A DNA stretch of 64,000 nt, from NCBI RefSeq assembly GCF_963921235.1, contig NC_086097.1, forward strand, positions 231,944,001 to 232,008,000. Direction: 5' to 3'. Below, one piece after another: positions 23,100 through 35,850 of the stretch (its first letter is position 1; each line of letters begins with the position of its first letter). Origin of the DNA: Mobula hypostoma. Lineage: Eukaryota. A program made the position numbers and the translations under genes. Under the pieces are notes generated by a model. The model was not told where the DNA came from. It saw only the letters and a program-made list of their open reading frames with translations, and made no database searches.

Positions 23100-25615
23100 A
23101 TGGTAAGTCACTAGTAATACACACACACCTGCGTACTTCAGTCTCCGAGATGACTAAGGTGCAGGTCACTTCAGCGGCTCTCCTCGAAGGCTTAGTGTTG
23201 GCGGTATCGAACTGAGCTTAAAAAAGATTTAGCTGATCTGGGAGAGAGGCAGCAGCGTTGGAAACACCACTGCAATGAGCTTTGAAGTCTGCGATGGTGT
23301 GCAAGAACTTACTATAAGCTGTGTGTGTTGTTGGTGGAGAGTTGTGTTTGGACCCTATCCCTGTATTGTCGTTTCACTGCTTCGATGGCTTTGCACAGAT
23401 CGTAGCTGCATTCCGTGAGCTCCCGCTGATTACCGGCAATATAAGGTTTGCCTCGCACGGTAAGTGCTGCTCGCACAAATCTGTTGATCCAGCGTTTCTG
23501 GTCTGGATAGACCCTGACCGATTTCTGGGGGACAACAATGTACTTCCGGATGAATCTCGTGACCCCTTCCGTGAACTCGGAGACATCCTCATCATCAAAG
23601 GCTTTCCAGTTGACGTCATCAAAGCAGTCCTGTAGCATGGAGACCACCTTGTCGGACCAACAGTGGACGGTTTTAACTATAGCCACCTCTTGTTTCAGCT
23701 TCTGCCTGTACATCGGTAACAAGATGGAGGAGTGATCCGACTCTCCAAACGGCGTGCAGAGGAGTGCTTTGTAAGCATTGCAGAAGGGAGAGTAGCAGCG
23801 GTCTAATATGCTATCTCCTCATGTGCTCACCTGGATGCGTTGACAAAACTTTGGAGAGACTTTAGTCAGCGACACTATTAAAGTCACTGGCGACGATGAA
23901 GGCGGCCTCTGGGTGTGCAGTCTCCAGGGTGCTGATGGTCTTGTACAGTTCCTTGAGAGCCAGGTCAGTATCAGCCTAGGGCAGAATATACACAGCTGTG
24001 ATAATAACAGCTGTGAGCTCCCTAGGCAGCCAGAAAGGTCTACACAGCAGCAGAAGGTACTCCAGATCCGGGGAACAAAAGGATTTGAGGGCATGCACAT
24101 CCGGCGGGTCACACCAAGCGTTACTGACCATGCAGCATACCCCACCTCCTTTACTCTTCCCAGAGAGGTTTTTTGACCTGAGTGCGCATGCGCCGGTCGT
24201 GCATGCAGCCTGTTACAGCCGTTCCGATCAGTATTCTTACCTTTTTCTTCTTACTTTTTAACTTACGATATTTTTTTGTATTTTTTTTTCACGGTAACAC
24301 GTCGAAGCTGCACCCTCTCTAACATGCTGGTAGAGAGAGTTTTATTTGGGTCTTTAGCACTGGAAATAGTTACTTTCCGACACGTCTAATTAGCGGGACA
24401 GAAGCATGGTCGCATTGTTTATTCCAGGGACCAGCTGATTGAGCTTATGCTGGCCAGTTTAGTGAGCAGAGCGGCGGACACCCCTGCTGAAATCTGGAAT
24501 CACAGAGGATGCAGAGGGGATCACAAAGTCGAGGAAAGAGGACGGGGTCGAGACAACAGAGACTTATGGAGAAGAGGAGTTTGGTGGGTAGTAAAATGGA
24601 CGAGTTCACGGCGCTAGCCAGGCATCAGAGAACATTTCAGGAGTGCAGTGTTATGTGTTTCACTGAAACGGGGCTGCACGAGGACATACCCGATCAAAAC
24701 TTTTCCATGGACGGCTTCCAGACCGTTCGGGCTGAGCGGAAGTGCACTGAGAGCGGTAAGCGTAAAGGAGTTGGGGGCTTACTGTTCTGGTTAACAACAG
24801 ATGGTGCAATCCGGGTCATATTACGATTGAGGAACATGTTTTGTGGACCGGATAGTGAACTTGTTACTGTTGGACTTCGGCCGTATTCCACCGAGATACA
24901 ACACTGGGCAGCACGGGAGGTCGTTCCTGCCTGTGGCCATCAAACTTGCAGCTCCTCCCGTGGAGGGTCAGACACTCTGAGCCATAGACAGGTCCTGGAC
25001 TTATTTTCCATCTGGCATAGTTTGCATTTTATTGTTTGATTGTTTGTGGTTTTTGTATTGCTATATTTATGCTCTATTCTTGGTTGGTGCGGCTGTAATG
25101 AAATCCAATTTCCCTCGAGATCAATAAAGTATATCTATCTATCTATCTAACAGGGAGAACCCAGAGAGCTTGATGGTGTAATCCGGTATCTCCTCTATCA
25201 GCCAGGTCTCCACGATGCACAAAACATTACATTCCTTTGTTTCCCGCTGATAGGAGATTCTCGCTCTCAGTTCGTGCAGCTTATTGTCCAGGGACTGAAT
25301 GTCAGCTAGGTGTTTGCTAGGGAGCGGCGGCCGATTAGCACACTATCTCAACCTCACCAGGACGCCGGCCCTTCGCCCTCACCTCCGGCACTGTTTCCGA
25401 GGTAGCAGGGGTGTAATAGATGAGCCTCCCGTAGATTGCACAAGCAGGGGTTCCCAGTGTAGAAAAGGGTAAATGCCGTCTTCCCGATGATGGGAAGAGT
25501 CAGTCTGATGTGACTATCAGCTACTTGAACAAGAAATACAAAGGAAATTGCAGAAATTAGCAGTATACTATAAAGTTGGAATAGAGCTCACAACATGGCC
25601 GCTGTATGTGACACC
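23100..25615 (-). mobile_element. Rex1/Babar LINE 5' half (5' UTR plus AP endonuclease), interrupted at 24169-25149
   Basis: Minus peptides PLPSKHLADIQSLDNKLHELRARISYQRETKECNVLCIVETWL, SGKSKGGGVC and LQDCFDDVNW. Confidence 0.85.
24169..25149 (+). mobile_element. Internally deleted Rex1/Babar element with both ends retained
   Basis: CpG-rich 5' region, endonuclease remnant (ECSVMCFTETGL..DGFQTVRA..SGKRKG), jump to a C-terminal FLPVAIKL motif, then AATAAAG and a (TATC)n tail. Confidence 0.8.
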
Positions 25616-25761
25616 ATAGATATTGGGGCAGTTAGTTCCATAGGATTACTGTGACAATAATCTTCTGTTACTCACACTTAACAAGGAATATAGTTAGTGT
25701 CAAATCCTAATTAGGTGAAGTTCTGAAGTTATTGGGGCAAATATAATAGATTGTACATTAC

Positions 25762-26419
25762 ATTATTATTATTATTATGATTTTAAGGACACACAGTTCC
25801 CTTTTATTGTCATTTAGTAATGCATGCAATAGGAAATGATAAAAATGTTTTTCCAGAATGATATCACGAAAACACATGACAAACCAACTTAAAAACTAAC
25901 AAAAACCACATAATTATAACATATAGTTACAACAGTGCAAAGCAATACCGTAATTTGATAAGAACAGACTATGGCACAGTAAAAATCTCAGAGTCTCTCA
26001 AAGTCTCATCATCTCATGCAGATGGTAAACCCCCAGCGCCACCACCTTGCCGATGCAGCATCCCGGAAGCATCCGACCACAATCCGACTCTGAGTCCGTC
26101 CGAAAAACTCCGAGCCTCCGACCACCTCCCGACACCGATGCACCGAGCACCATCTCTGCCGAGCGCTTCAACCCCGACCCCAGCAACAGGCAATAGGCAA
26201 AGCCGAGGATTTGGGGCCTACGTTTCCAGAGATTCTCAATCGCACAGTAGCAGCGGCAGCGAAGCAGGCATTTCAGAAGTTACTCCAGGTGTTCCTCTTT
26301 GCTTTCACGGCTGTCCCCATCAAATCCGGATTGTGCACGGCCCCTAGTTACACATATCGATATTCATTCGGAGCAGCCGTGCACGCTGCGTTGTGCCGCC
26401 ATCTTCTCCTCCCCCTCCC
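25762..26419 (-). mobile_element. Short non-coding retroposon, family A, copy 2
   Basis: Highly similar to the reverse complement of 28717-29367; head GGAGGAGAAGATGGCGGC and (TAA)n tail. Confidence 0.85.
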
Positions 26420-26471
26420 ATTAGCTGATAAATCTTGAATTACCAATAGTTGTAGCTGATTATTATTGTGG

Positions 26472-26595
26472 ATGTTTCGGCCCTAAAATGTTGACTCTTC
26501 ATTCCTCTTCACAGATGCTGCCTGACCTGCGGAGTTCCTCCAGCATTTTGTGTGCGTAACTCTGGATTTCCAGCATTTGCACAATCTCTTGTGTT
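26472..26595 (+). mobile_element. Penelope pLTR fragment
   Basis: AGATGCTGCCTGACCTGC.GAGTTCCTCCAGCATTTTGTGTG...TTTCCAGCAT motif shared with 61850-61947. Confidence 0.7.
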
Positions 26596-27142
26596 TATAA
26601 TTAGCAGTGTACTTGAGCTTCGAAACTTTTTCCAACCTTTTCTGAGGACTCAGCTGATTTCTTGTTCCCTGCAGTTTCCTCATATTTGTTAACCAACCTT
26701 CAGTGGTCGCACCTCCAGCTGACAGGAGGCCAGGCTCTGCAGTTTCACAACCTCTCCCTTCTTTTAAAAGAACATTTTTTATTAATCTAACAATGGGCAA
26801 AATAAGAAGCCGTCTGTTACGCCCTCTTTCTTTTTGACTCAGCGTGCAATTATTTCGTCAGATTATGCTCTTGTGGGGGACTTTGGGAAGAATTGCAATT
26901 TGTTGCTGTAAAGTAACGCATGCAATGTGTCCCGATGGCCACCTTGATTGCCAAGACTCACGATTCCCCACCTGGAATGCAGAATAACTAAACAACTCTT
27001 CATGTTTAGCATGTATAAGTGTGGATTTTTATCCATACTTTTTCATCTTAACCTTGACTTTGTTATCTAGATTAGTATAGGAAATCCAGAGAAGTGGAGA
27101 ATCCCAGGATTCATACTAGGTTAAAACTTGGCCTACCAATTA

Positions 27143-27435
27143 AAAGATTCAAAGTACATTTATCATCAAAGTATGCATGAACTATACAACCTTGAGATTT
27201 GTCTTCTCCATAGACAGCCAAGAAACAAAAAAAACATGGAAGCCGTTCAAAGAAAAACATTAATCCCCACATGTACAAAAAACAACCATCACACAAACAG
27301 CAACAGCTAAACAAAAATGAGTGAGCAACACAGAATATAAAACACAAATTGAAAGAGTCCAGGCACATTCAGTTCAGCACGGTGTCTGCTGTCTCGGAGA
27401 CAGCAAAGTGCCAGATCGCTCGCTCTGCTCTGGTT
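27143..27435 (-). mobile_element. Family B retroposon, 3' part
   Basis: Same TTCAAAGTACATTTATCATCAAAGTATG tail region as 6145 and 42026. Confidence 0.55.
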
Positions 27436-27449
27436 GAGAGTCCATCCCA

Positions 27450-27742
27450 AATCTATCTATTTATTTATCTACTGAGAGACAGTGCGGTGTAAGACCTTCT
27501 GGCCCTCAAGCCACGCTGCCCAACAACCCCCGATTTAACCCTAGCCTAATTATGGGACAATTTACAATGACCAAATAACCTACCAACCGGTATGTCTTTG
27601 GATTGTGGGAGGAAACCAGAGCACCCGGAGGAAACCCACACAGTTATGGGGAGAGCACACGAACTGCTTACAGCAGACAGTGGGAATTGAACATGGGTCG
27701 CTGGCACTGTAAAGCATTGTGCAAACCACTACACTGCCAAGC
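27450..27742 (-). mobile_element. HE1/V-SINE-like tRNA SINE
   Basis: Minus strand: A box TGGCAGTGTAGTGG, B box TGTTCAATTCC, V-domain-like GTGGGTTTCCTCCGGGTGCTCTGGTTTCCTCCCAC, CR1-like stem GGGCCAGAAGG, (TAGA/TAAA)n tail. Confidence 0.85.
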
Positions 27743-27747
27743 GATCT

Positions 27748-28120
27748 TAATAAGACCATAAGACAAAGGAGCAGAATTCGGCCATTCGGACAATCGAGTC
27801 TGCTCCGCCATTTTAGCTCAGCATGAGCTGATCCATTCTCCCATTTAGTCCCACTCCCCTCCCTTCTCACCATAACCTTTGATGCCCTGGCTACTCAGAT
27901 ACCTATCAATCTCTGCCTTAAAGACACCCAATGACTTGGCCTCCACTGCTGCCCGTGGCAACAAATTCCATAGATTCACCACCCTCTGACTAAAAAAATT
28001 TCTTCACATCTCTGTTCTGAATGGGCGTCCTTCAATCCTTAATTCATGCCCTCTTGTACTAGACTCCCCCATCATGGGAAACAACTTTGCCACATCCACT
28101 CTGTCCATGCCTTTCAACAC
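27748..28120 (-). mobile_element. CR1 3' fragment (same subfamily as 1-627)
   Basis: LKGMDRVDVAKLFPMMGESSTRGH; near-identical UTR. Confidence 0.92.
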
Positions 28121-28716
28121 TAATGTTCTGTATGTTGGTATTGGCAGAGTGGGGGTGGGGGGAGATGTGGATGGGGATGAGTGGGGTGTATGAAGAGTAC
28201 AGAGGGTGTTGTAGTTCAAATACTTGTAATCCTTCATTCTTCTTCGAGAGTTGGGCCACTAATAATGATATTAGGAAGTTGAGTTCTTTGAGTGCTTGTC
28301 CTCAGAATAATGTCAGAATTGGAATCAGAATCAGGTTTATTATCACTGACTTATGTTGTGAAATTTGTTCTGCTGTGCCAGCAGTATAGTGTAATATATC
28401 AAAAATGCTATAAGTTACAATAAAAAATATTTAAAAATTAAGTAATGCAAAAAGACAGCAAATATTGGATTCTGTCTTCTTGAGCTATTGCCACAATGCC
28501 AAGTTAACTGATACTTATACGGCAAGAATACATAGCATTTAGTTGGGCTGGAGTGTCAAGGTATATGGATGAAAGACAGCAAGTATGGAGTTGAGAAAAT
28601 GATCATCCATCAGCGAATTACAGAATGTGCCCGGGGGTGATTGTCCCACATAATTTCTGAAATTTTGACTTTACCTTCCTCTCTCCCTCACCCCACATCT
28701 CTCAAGTGGCTGTCAT

Positions 28717-29367
28717 GGGAAGGAGGAGAAGATGGCGGCGTGACGCATCACGCGCAGCCGTTCTGAATTGATATCGATATGTGTTAACTAGGGGGCCGTA
28801 CACAATCCTGATTTGATGGAGACAGACGTGAGAAGCACGGAGGAACATCTGGACAAACTTCTGAAATGCCCGCTTCACTGCCGCTGCTACTGTGCGATCG
28901 AGAATCTCCAGAGGGGAAGGCCCCAAATCCTCGGCTTTGCCTGTTGCTGGGGCCAGGGTCGAAGTGCTCGGCAGAGATGGTGCTCGGTGCTCGATGTCGG
29001 AGGACTGGTCGGAGGCTTGGAGTTTTCGGACGGGCTCGGAGTCAGACTGTGGTCGGATGCTTCCAGGATGCTGCATCGGCAAGTTTGCGGCGCTGGAGGT
29101 TTACCGTCTGCATGAGATGATGGGACTTTCGAGAGACTTTGAGATTTTTATCGTGCCCATGGTCTGTTCTTATCAAATTATGGTATTGCTTTGCACTGTT
29201 GTAACTATATGTTATAATTGTGTGGTTTTTGTCAGTTTTTAAGTTGGTTTGTCATGTGTTTCTGTGATATCATTCTGGAAAAACATTGTATCATTTCTTA
29301 ATGCATGCATTACTAAATGACAATAAAAGAGGATTGCATGTCCTCATAATCTAATAATCTAATCTAA
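28717..29367 (+). mobile_element. Short non-coding retroposon, family A, copy 3
   Basis: Head GGGAAGGAGGAGAAGATGGCGGCG; AAATGACAATAAAA near the 3' end; (TAATC)n tail. Confidence 0.85.
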
Positions 29368-29884
29368 AATCCAGGCTGTGGGGAGAGGGAAGTTAAAACA
29401 GAGAACGACTCTTTCCACCCTAACCTGACGAGCTGTTTTTTCTATGAAGAGCTTTTCTACACCAACAGCTTTTTCTAAAAGGTAGTGGAGTCCTCTTTAA
29501 CTGGACTAAGTATGCCTGATCTGGATTTCAGCCAAAGACCTGAAGGATATCAATAAAGCATTATCAGTAAAAATGAGCTGAATATCGTGCATGCTGGTCT
29601 GTTGGTGTGTGCTCTGCACTATCCCTCAATATCGAACACAACAGCAGTAAAGGCTTCTCTGCTGGACAAAACCCTCCAGGAAGGAGTTTGGAGGATGGAG
29701 AGGATAGAGTAAAATAAGGTGAAGATTTTGTTGGCCAGAATGAGTTCTTCTCCAGGGTTATCCCTTGCCTTTTGAACTCCCTCACCTGCCCACGATGACC
29801 TCTAGATTCCATTTGCCCACCATTAATCTGAATGCTGGCAACCAATCCTTTGGTTTCCTGGCAACAGCTCCCTTCACCCATATT

Positions 29885-32248
29885 TAGACCATAAGACCAT
29901 AAAAAATAAGAGTAGAATTTGGCCCATCAAGTCTTCCCCACCATTCAATCGTGGCTGATCCATTTTTCTCCCTCCTCTGCCCCACTCCCCGGCCTTCTCC
30001 CCGTAATCTTTGATGCTATTTCCAATCAAGAACCTATCAAGCTCTGCCTTAAATACACCCAACGACCTGGCCTCCACAGCTGCCTGTGGTAATAAATTCC
30101 ACAAATTCACCATCCTCTGGCTAAAGAAATTTCTTCACACTCCTGTTTTAAATGGATGCCCCTCTATCCTGGCAAATATCCCCCACCATGGCAAATATCC
30201 TTTCCAAATTTATTCTGTCTAGGCCTTTTAACATTCAAAAGGTTTCAATGAGATCCCCTCCCTCATATTTCTAAATTCTAACGAGTACAGACCCAGAGCC
30301 ATGAAACATTCCTTGTATGATAATCCTTTCATTCCTGGAATCATACTTGTGAACCTCCTCTGAACCCTCTCCAATGCCAGCTCACCTTTTCTTAGATGAG
30401 GAGCCCAGAACTGTTCACAATACTCAAGGTGAGGCCTCACCAGTGCCTTATAAAGCCTCAGCATCACATCCCTGCTCTTATATTCTAGAGCTCTTGAAAT
30501 GAATGCCAACATTGCATTTGCCTTCCTCACCACAAATTATACATGAAAGCTAACCTTCAGAGTGTTCTGCGCAAGGACTCCCAAGTCCTTTTGTATCTCA
30601 GATTTTTGGATTTTCTCTCCATTTAGAAAATAGTCTGCACATTTATTTCTTCTACCAAAGTGCATGACCATGGATTCTCCAACATCGTATTTCATTTGCC
30701 ACTTTCTTGCCCATTCTCCAGATCTGCCTAAGTCCTTCTGCAACCTACCTGTTTCCTCAACACTACCTGCCCCTCCACGTATCATCTGCAAACTTGGCAA
30801 CAAAGCTATCTATTCCATCATCTAAATCACTTATATACAGCATAAAAAGAAACGGTCCCAACACCGACCCCTGTGGAACACGACTAGTCACTGGCCGCCA
30901 ACCAGAAAAGGATCTTTTTACTCCCGCTCACTGTCTCCTACCAATTAGCTAATGCTCTAACCATGCCAGTAACTTCCCTGTAATACCATGGGCTCTTAAC
31001 TTGGTAAGCAATCTCATGAGTGGCACCTTGTCATAAGCTTTCTGAAAGTCTAAATATACAACATCCACTGCATCTCCTTTATCTATCCTATTTGTAATCT
31101 CTTCAAAGAATTCCAACAGATTTGTCAGGCAAGATTTTCCCTTAAGGAAGCCATATTGACTTTGTCCTATCTTGTCCTGCGTCAAGAAGTACCTCATAAC
31201 CTCATCCTTAGCAATTGACTCCAGCATGTTCCTAACCACTGAGTTCAGGCTAACTGGTCTGTGATTTCCTTTCTGCTGCCTTCCTCCTTTCTTAAAGTGT
31301 GGAGTGACATTTGCAATTTTCCAGTCCTCTGGAACAATGCCAGAGTCTAATCATTTTTGAAAGATCATTACTAATGCCTCCAAAATCTCTACTGCTACCT
31401 CTTTCAGAACCCTAGGGTGCAGTTCATCTAGTCCAGGTGACTTATCTGCCCTCATTTTTGCTTTGTTGTATGCCCTCCCTTTTGCTTTGACATTAGCTTT
31501 GACTTCCCTTGTCAGCCACAGTTGTACTATTTTACCATTTGAGTATTTATTTGTTTTTGGAATACAGCTATCCTGCATCTTCCTCATTTTCCCCAGAAAC
31601 TCACGCCATTGCTGCTCTACTGTCATCCCTGCCAGCATCTCCTACCAATTTACTTCGGTCAACTCCTCTCTCATACCACTGTAATTTCCTTTACTCCGCT
31701 GAAATACTGCAACATCAGACTTTACCTTCTCCCTATCAAATTTCAAGCTGAACTCAATCATATTGTAATCACTGGCTCCTCAGGGCTCCTTTACCTTAAG
31801 CTCCCTAATCACCTCTATTTCATTACATAACACCCAACCCAGTCTAATGGATCCCCAGGAGGATCAACGCCAAACTGCTCTAAAAAGCCATCTTGTGGGC
31901 AATCGACAAACTCACTCTCTTGAGATCCATTACCCAACCTAATTTTCCCAATTGACCTGCATGTTGAAATCTCCCATGACTATCATGAAACACCTTTTCT
32001 ATTTCTCATTGTAATCTGTCATCCACATCCCCGCTACTGTTGGGAGGCCTGTATATAACTGCAATCAGGGTCCTTTTACCCGTGCAGTTTCTTAACTCAA
32101 CCCACAAGGATTCAACATCTTCCGATCCTATGTCACATCTTTCTACTAATTTGATGCCATTCTTTACCAGCAGAGCCGCAACACCCCCTCTGCCTACCTT
32201 CCTCTCCCTCTGATAGGATGTCTAACCTTGGACATTCATCTCCCAACT
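29885..32248 (-). mobile_element. CR1 LINE ORF2 (endonuclease to 3' UTR) with an internal deletion near 31455
   Basis: GFLKGKSCLTNLLEFFEE, VDVVYLDFQKAYDKVP and KALVRPHLEYC motifs; endonuclease MGDFN remnant ~31960-31980; KAKM is joined directly to RADKSPG. Confidence 0.93.
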
Positions 32249-32779
32249 TCCAAAATTTCTGCACTTGTGGTTTGGCAGTAGTTCCTGCTGAAGTTGCCTC
32301 AGTCCAAACCTAAATGCTTAGATGAAATCAAGGCCTCAGCATAGGGGTGTTGCCTGCTCAGGCCCTTTGCAAGTAATCTGACTCTGACCCACTCTGACTT
32401 TGCACTTGAGATGAACCTAAATAAAACCTGAATTTTTAGCTAGACTTTCAAGTAGCACCACCAGAATTTTTTTTAAACTGGGCTTAGATCTCTCTTGCAT
32501 TTCTGTCTCTCTAACTAGATGTCTCCTGCTCTCTCTTTCTAAAAACATTTGTTGCTGATAGATCCAGACACTCTGACAGATTATTATCACCAGTTTAATG
32601 CTGAGCTCAACTCACTCTTCCTTATGCAGCTGATGACTCACTCATCTCTTGGAAAATGGTCTTTGATCAGAGATGATTCACCAAGCATACTTGTCATAGA
32701 ACGTGGAAAAAAGGGTGATTAGAAATAAACCAGCATGCAAAATCAGGGTTTATTTTAGTATATCTAAAGGCATCTAATG

Positions 32780-33224
32780 GGGAGCATGCCTTACGAGAAT
32801 AGGTTGAGTGAACTCGGCCTTTTCTCCTTGGAGCGACAGAGGATGAGAGGTGACCCGATAGAGGTGTATAAGATGATAAGAGGCATTGATCATGTAGATA
32901 GTCAGAGGTATTTCCCAGGGCTGAAGTATCTAGCATGAGAGGGCACAGGTTTAACGTGCTTGGAAGTAGGTACAGAGGAGATGTCAGGGGTAAGTCTTTT
33001 ATGCAGAGAGTGGTGAGATCGTGGAATGGGATGCCAGCAGCGGTGGTGGAGGCAGAAATGATAGGATCTTTTAAGAGACCCCTGGATAGGTACATGGAGC
33101 TTAGCCAAATAGAGGGTTATGGGTAACCCTAGGTAATTTCTAAGGTAAGGATGTGTTCGGCACAGCTTTGTGGGCTGAAGGGCCTGTATTGTGCTGTAGG
33201 TTTTCTATGTTTCTATGTTTCTAA
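32780..33224 (+). mobile_element. CR1 3' fragment
   Basis: RGHRFNVLGSRYRGDVRGKSFMQRVVRSWN; (TTTCTATG)n tail. Confidence 0.9.
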
Positions 33225-34914
33225 ATGTTTCCGGCAACTGTTGATCAGTCCTGCACATTGGCCTGGAGCAATTTTAGGCCATTCCTCTTTGCAAAGTTGC
33301 TTCAACTCTGGGATGCTGGTGAGCCTCCTTGCATGAACTGCTTGCTTCAGGTCCTTTCACAACGTTTCTATAGAATTAAGGTCAGGACTTTGGCTTGACC
33401 ATTCCAAAACACAGATTTTCTTCTTTTTAAACCATTCTGTTGATTTACTCTTTTCTTTTGGATCATTATCTTGTTGCATTATTCAACTTCCATTAAGCTT
33501 CAGGCGACAGACTGCTACCCTGATATTCTGATATTCTCCTGGAAAATGTTTTGACACAATTTTGATTTCATTTTTCCCCCAACAATTGCAATCTGTCCAG
33601 GCCCCGAGGCAGCAAAGAAGCCCCAAACCATGATGCTCCTAAAACCATGTTTCACAGTTGGGATGAGGTTTTGGTGTTGGAGTGCAGTACCCTTTTTCCT
33701 CCGAACATAGCAATGTGCATTTCTGCCATAAAGTTCAACTTTTGTCTCATCTGTCTACAGAACATTGTCCCAGAAGCATTTTAGAACATCCAGGTGGTCT
33801 TTGCAAACCTGAGATGTGCTGCAATGTTTTCTTTGGAGAGCAGTGGTTTCCTCCATGGTGTTCTTCCATGAACACCATTCTTGTTCAGTGTTTTTCTTAT
33901 AGGGGACACATGAACTAAGACTTTTGCAAGTTCTAGAAATTTCTGCAGGTCTTTTGTTGGTACCCTTGGGGTCTTTTTCACCTCCTTCAGCATTGCACAT
34001 TGTGCTCTTGATGTGATCTTTGCAGGATGCCCACTCCTAGGGAGAGTAGCAACAGTACTGAGTTTCCTCCATTTGTAGACAATTTCTCCTGATGAACACT
34101 CAGGTCTTTAGGAATGCCTTTGTAGCCTTTTCCAGCTTCATGCATCTCTACAATTCTTCTTCTAAGGTCCTCTGAAAGTTTTGATCGCGACATGGTGCAC
34201 ATAAACATATCTTTCTTGAGAAGAGCAGGCTCTGTCAGTAACCTGACTTTGTATGTCTTTTTTATAGGGCAGGGCACCTCTGTAACCCACATCTCCAATC
34301 TCATCTCATTGATTGGAACACCTGACTCCAAACGGTTTTTGTGGAAGGCATTACCCCAGAGGTTCACATACGTCTTCCAACAAATACTTAAGACCATAGA
34401 CCATAAGACATAGGAGCAGAATTAGGCCATCTGGCCTGTCGAGTCTGCTCTGCCATTCAATCATGGCTGATCCTTTTTTCCCTCCTTCTCAACCCCAGTT
34501 CCTGGCCTTTTCCCCATAACCTTTGATGCCATGTCCAATCAAGAACCTAACAATCTCTGCCTTAAATACACCCAACCACCTGGCCTCCACAGCTGCATGT
34601 GTCAACAAATTCACCACCCTTTAGCTAAAGAAATTTCTCCGCATCTCTGCTTTGAAAGGGCACTCCTCTATCCTGAGGTTGTGCCCTCTTGTCCTAGACT
34701 CTCCCACCATGGGAAACATCCTTTCCACATCATGTAATATTGGATCATTTTCTCAATAAATAAATAAACAAGTATAATGTTTTTGTGTTATTTGTTTAAT
34801 TGGGTTCTCTTTATCTAGTTTATGACCTACATGAAGATCTGATCACATTTCAGGTCATATTTATGTAGAAATAAGGAAAATTCTATAGGGTTCACAAACT
34901 TTCTAGCACCACTG
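33225..34914 (-). mobile_element. Tc1 DNA transposon (DD34E-type), transposase pseudogene, 3' end lost
   Basis: TIR CAGTGGTGCTAGAAAGTTTGTGAACCC plus TA at 34915; ATG at 34193 giving MSRSKLSEDLRRRIVEMHEAGKGYK; catalytic motifs TDETKVEL, QQDNDPK and SPDLNSIE; stops and frameshifts. Confidence 0.92.
34388..34730 (-). mobile_element. CR1 3' fragment nested in the Tc1 left arm
   Basis: CR1 tail at 34388; Tc1 sequence resumes at 34731. Confidence 0.88.
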
Positions 34915-35095
34915 TATATGTGCTATATGTGCCTTGTGCTGCGTATGACTGTTGGTACTATATTTAGAACCATGGCCCTGGAGGAACACTGCTTTGATTG
35001 GTTGTATTTATGTATGGTTGAATGATACTGAACTTGCACTTTAACACAGTCTATTTGGCAACGTAAATTTGCACCAGGCAAGTCACTATTGCTCT

Positions 35096-35850
35096 ATCAT
35101 AGAACCATAGAAACCATAGAAACTACAGCACAGAAACAGGCCTTTTGGCCCTTCTTGGCTGTGCCGAACCATTTTCTGCCTAGTCCCACTGACCTGCACA
35201 CGGACCATATCCCTCCATACACCTCCCATCCATGTATCTGTCCAATTTATTCTTAAATGTTAAAAAAGAACCCGCATTTACCACCTCGTCTGGCAGCTCA
35301 TTCCATACTCCCACCACTCTCTGTGTGAAGAAGCCCCCCCTAATGATCCCTTTAAACTTTTCCCCCCTCACCCTTAACCCATGTCCTCTGGTTTTTTTCT
35401 CCCCTTGCCTCAGTGGAAAAAGCCTCTATCAAATCTCCCCTCATTCTTCTATTCTCCAGGGAATAAAGTCCTAACCTATTCAACCTTTCTCTGTAACTGA
35501 GTTTCTCAAGTCCCGGCAACAACCTTGTAAACATTCTCTGCACTCTTTCAACCTTATTTATATCCTTCCTGTAATTTGGTGACCAAAACTGAACACAATA
35601 CTCCAGATTCGGCCTCACCAATGCCTTATACAACCTCATCATAACATTCCAGCTCTTATACTCAATACTTCGATTAATAAAGGCCAATGTACCAAAAGCT
35701 CTCTTTACGACCCTATCTACCTGTGACGCCACTTCTAGGGAATTTTGTATCTGTATTCCCAGATCCCTCTGTTCCACTGCACTCCTCAGTGCCTTACCAT
35801 TAACCCTGTATGTTCTACCTTGGTTTGTCCTTCCAACGTGCAATACCTCA
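35096..35850 (-). mobile_element. CR1 3' fragment
   Basis: LYKALVRPNLEYCVQFWSPNYRKD; (TTCTATGG)n tail. Confidence 0.92.

Noticed and set aside
24159..25168. CCCAGAGAG on both sides of the 24169-25149 insert read as a TSD
   Set aside because: Both copies are host coding sequence (LSG codons), and the right copy is offset ~10 bp from the insert end.
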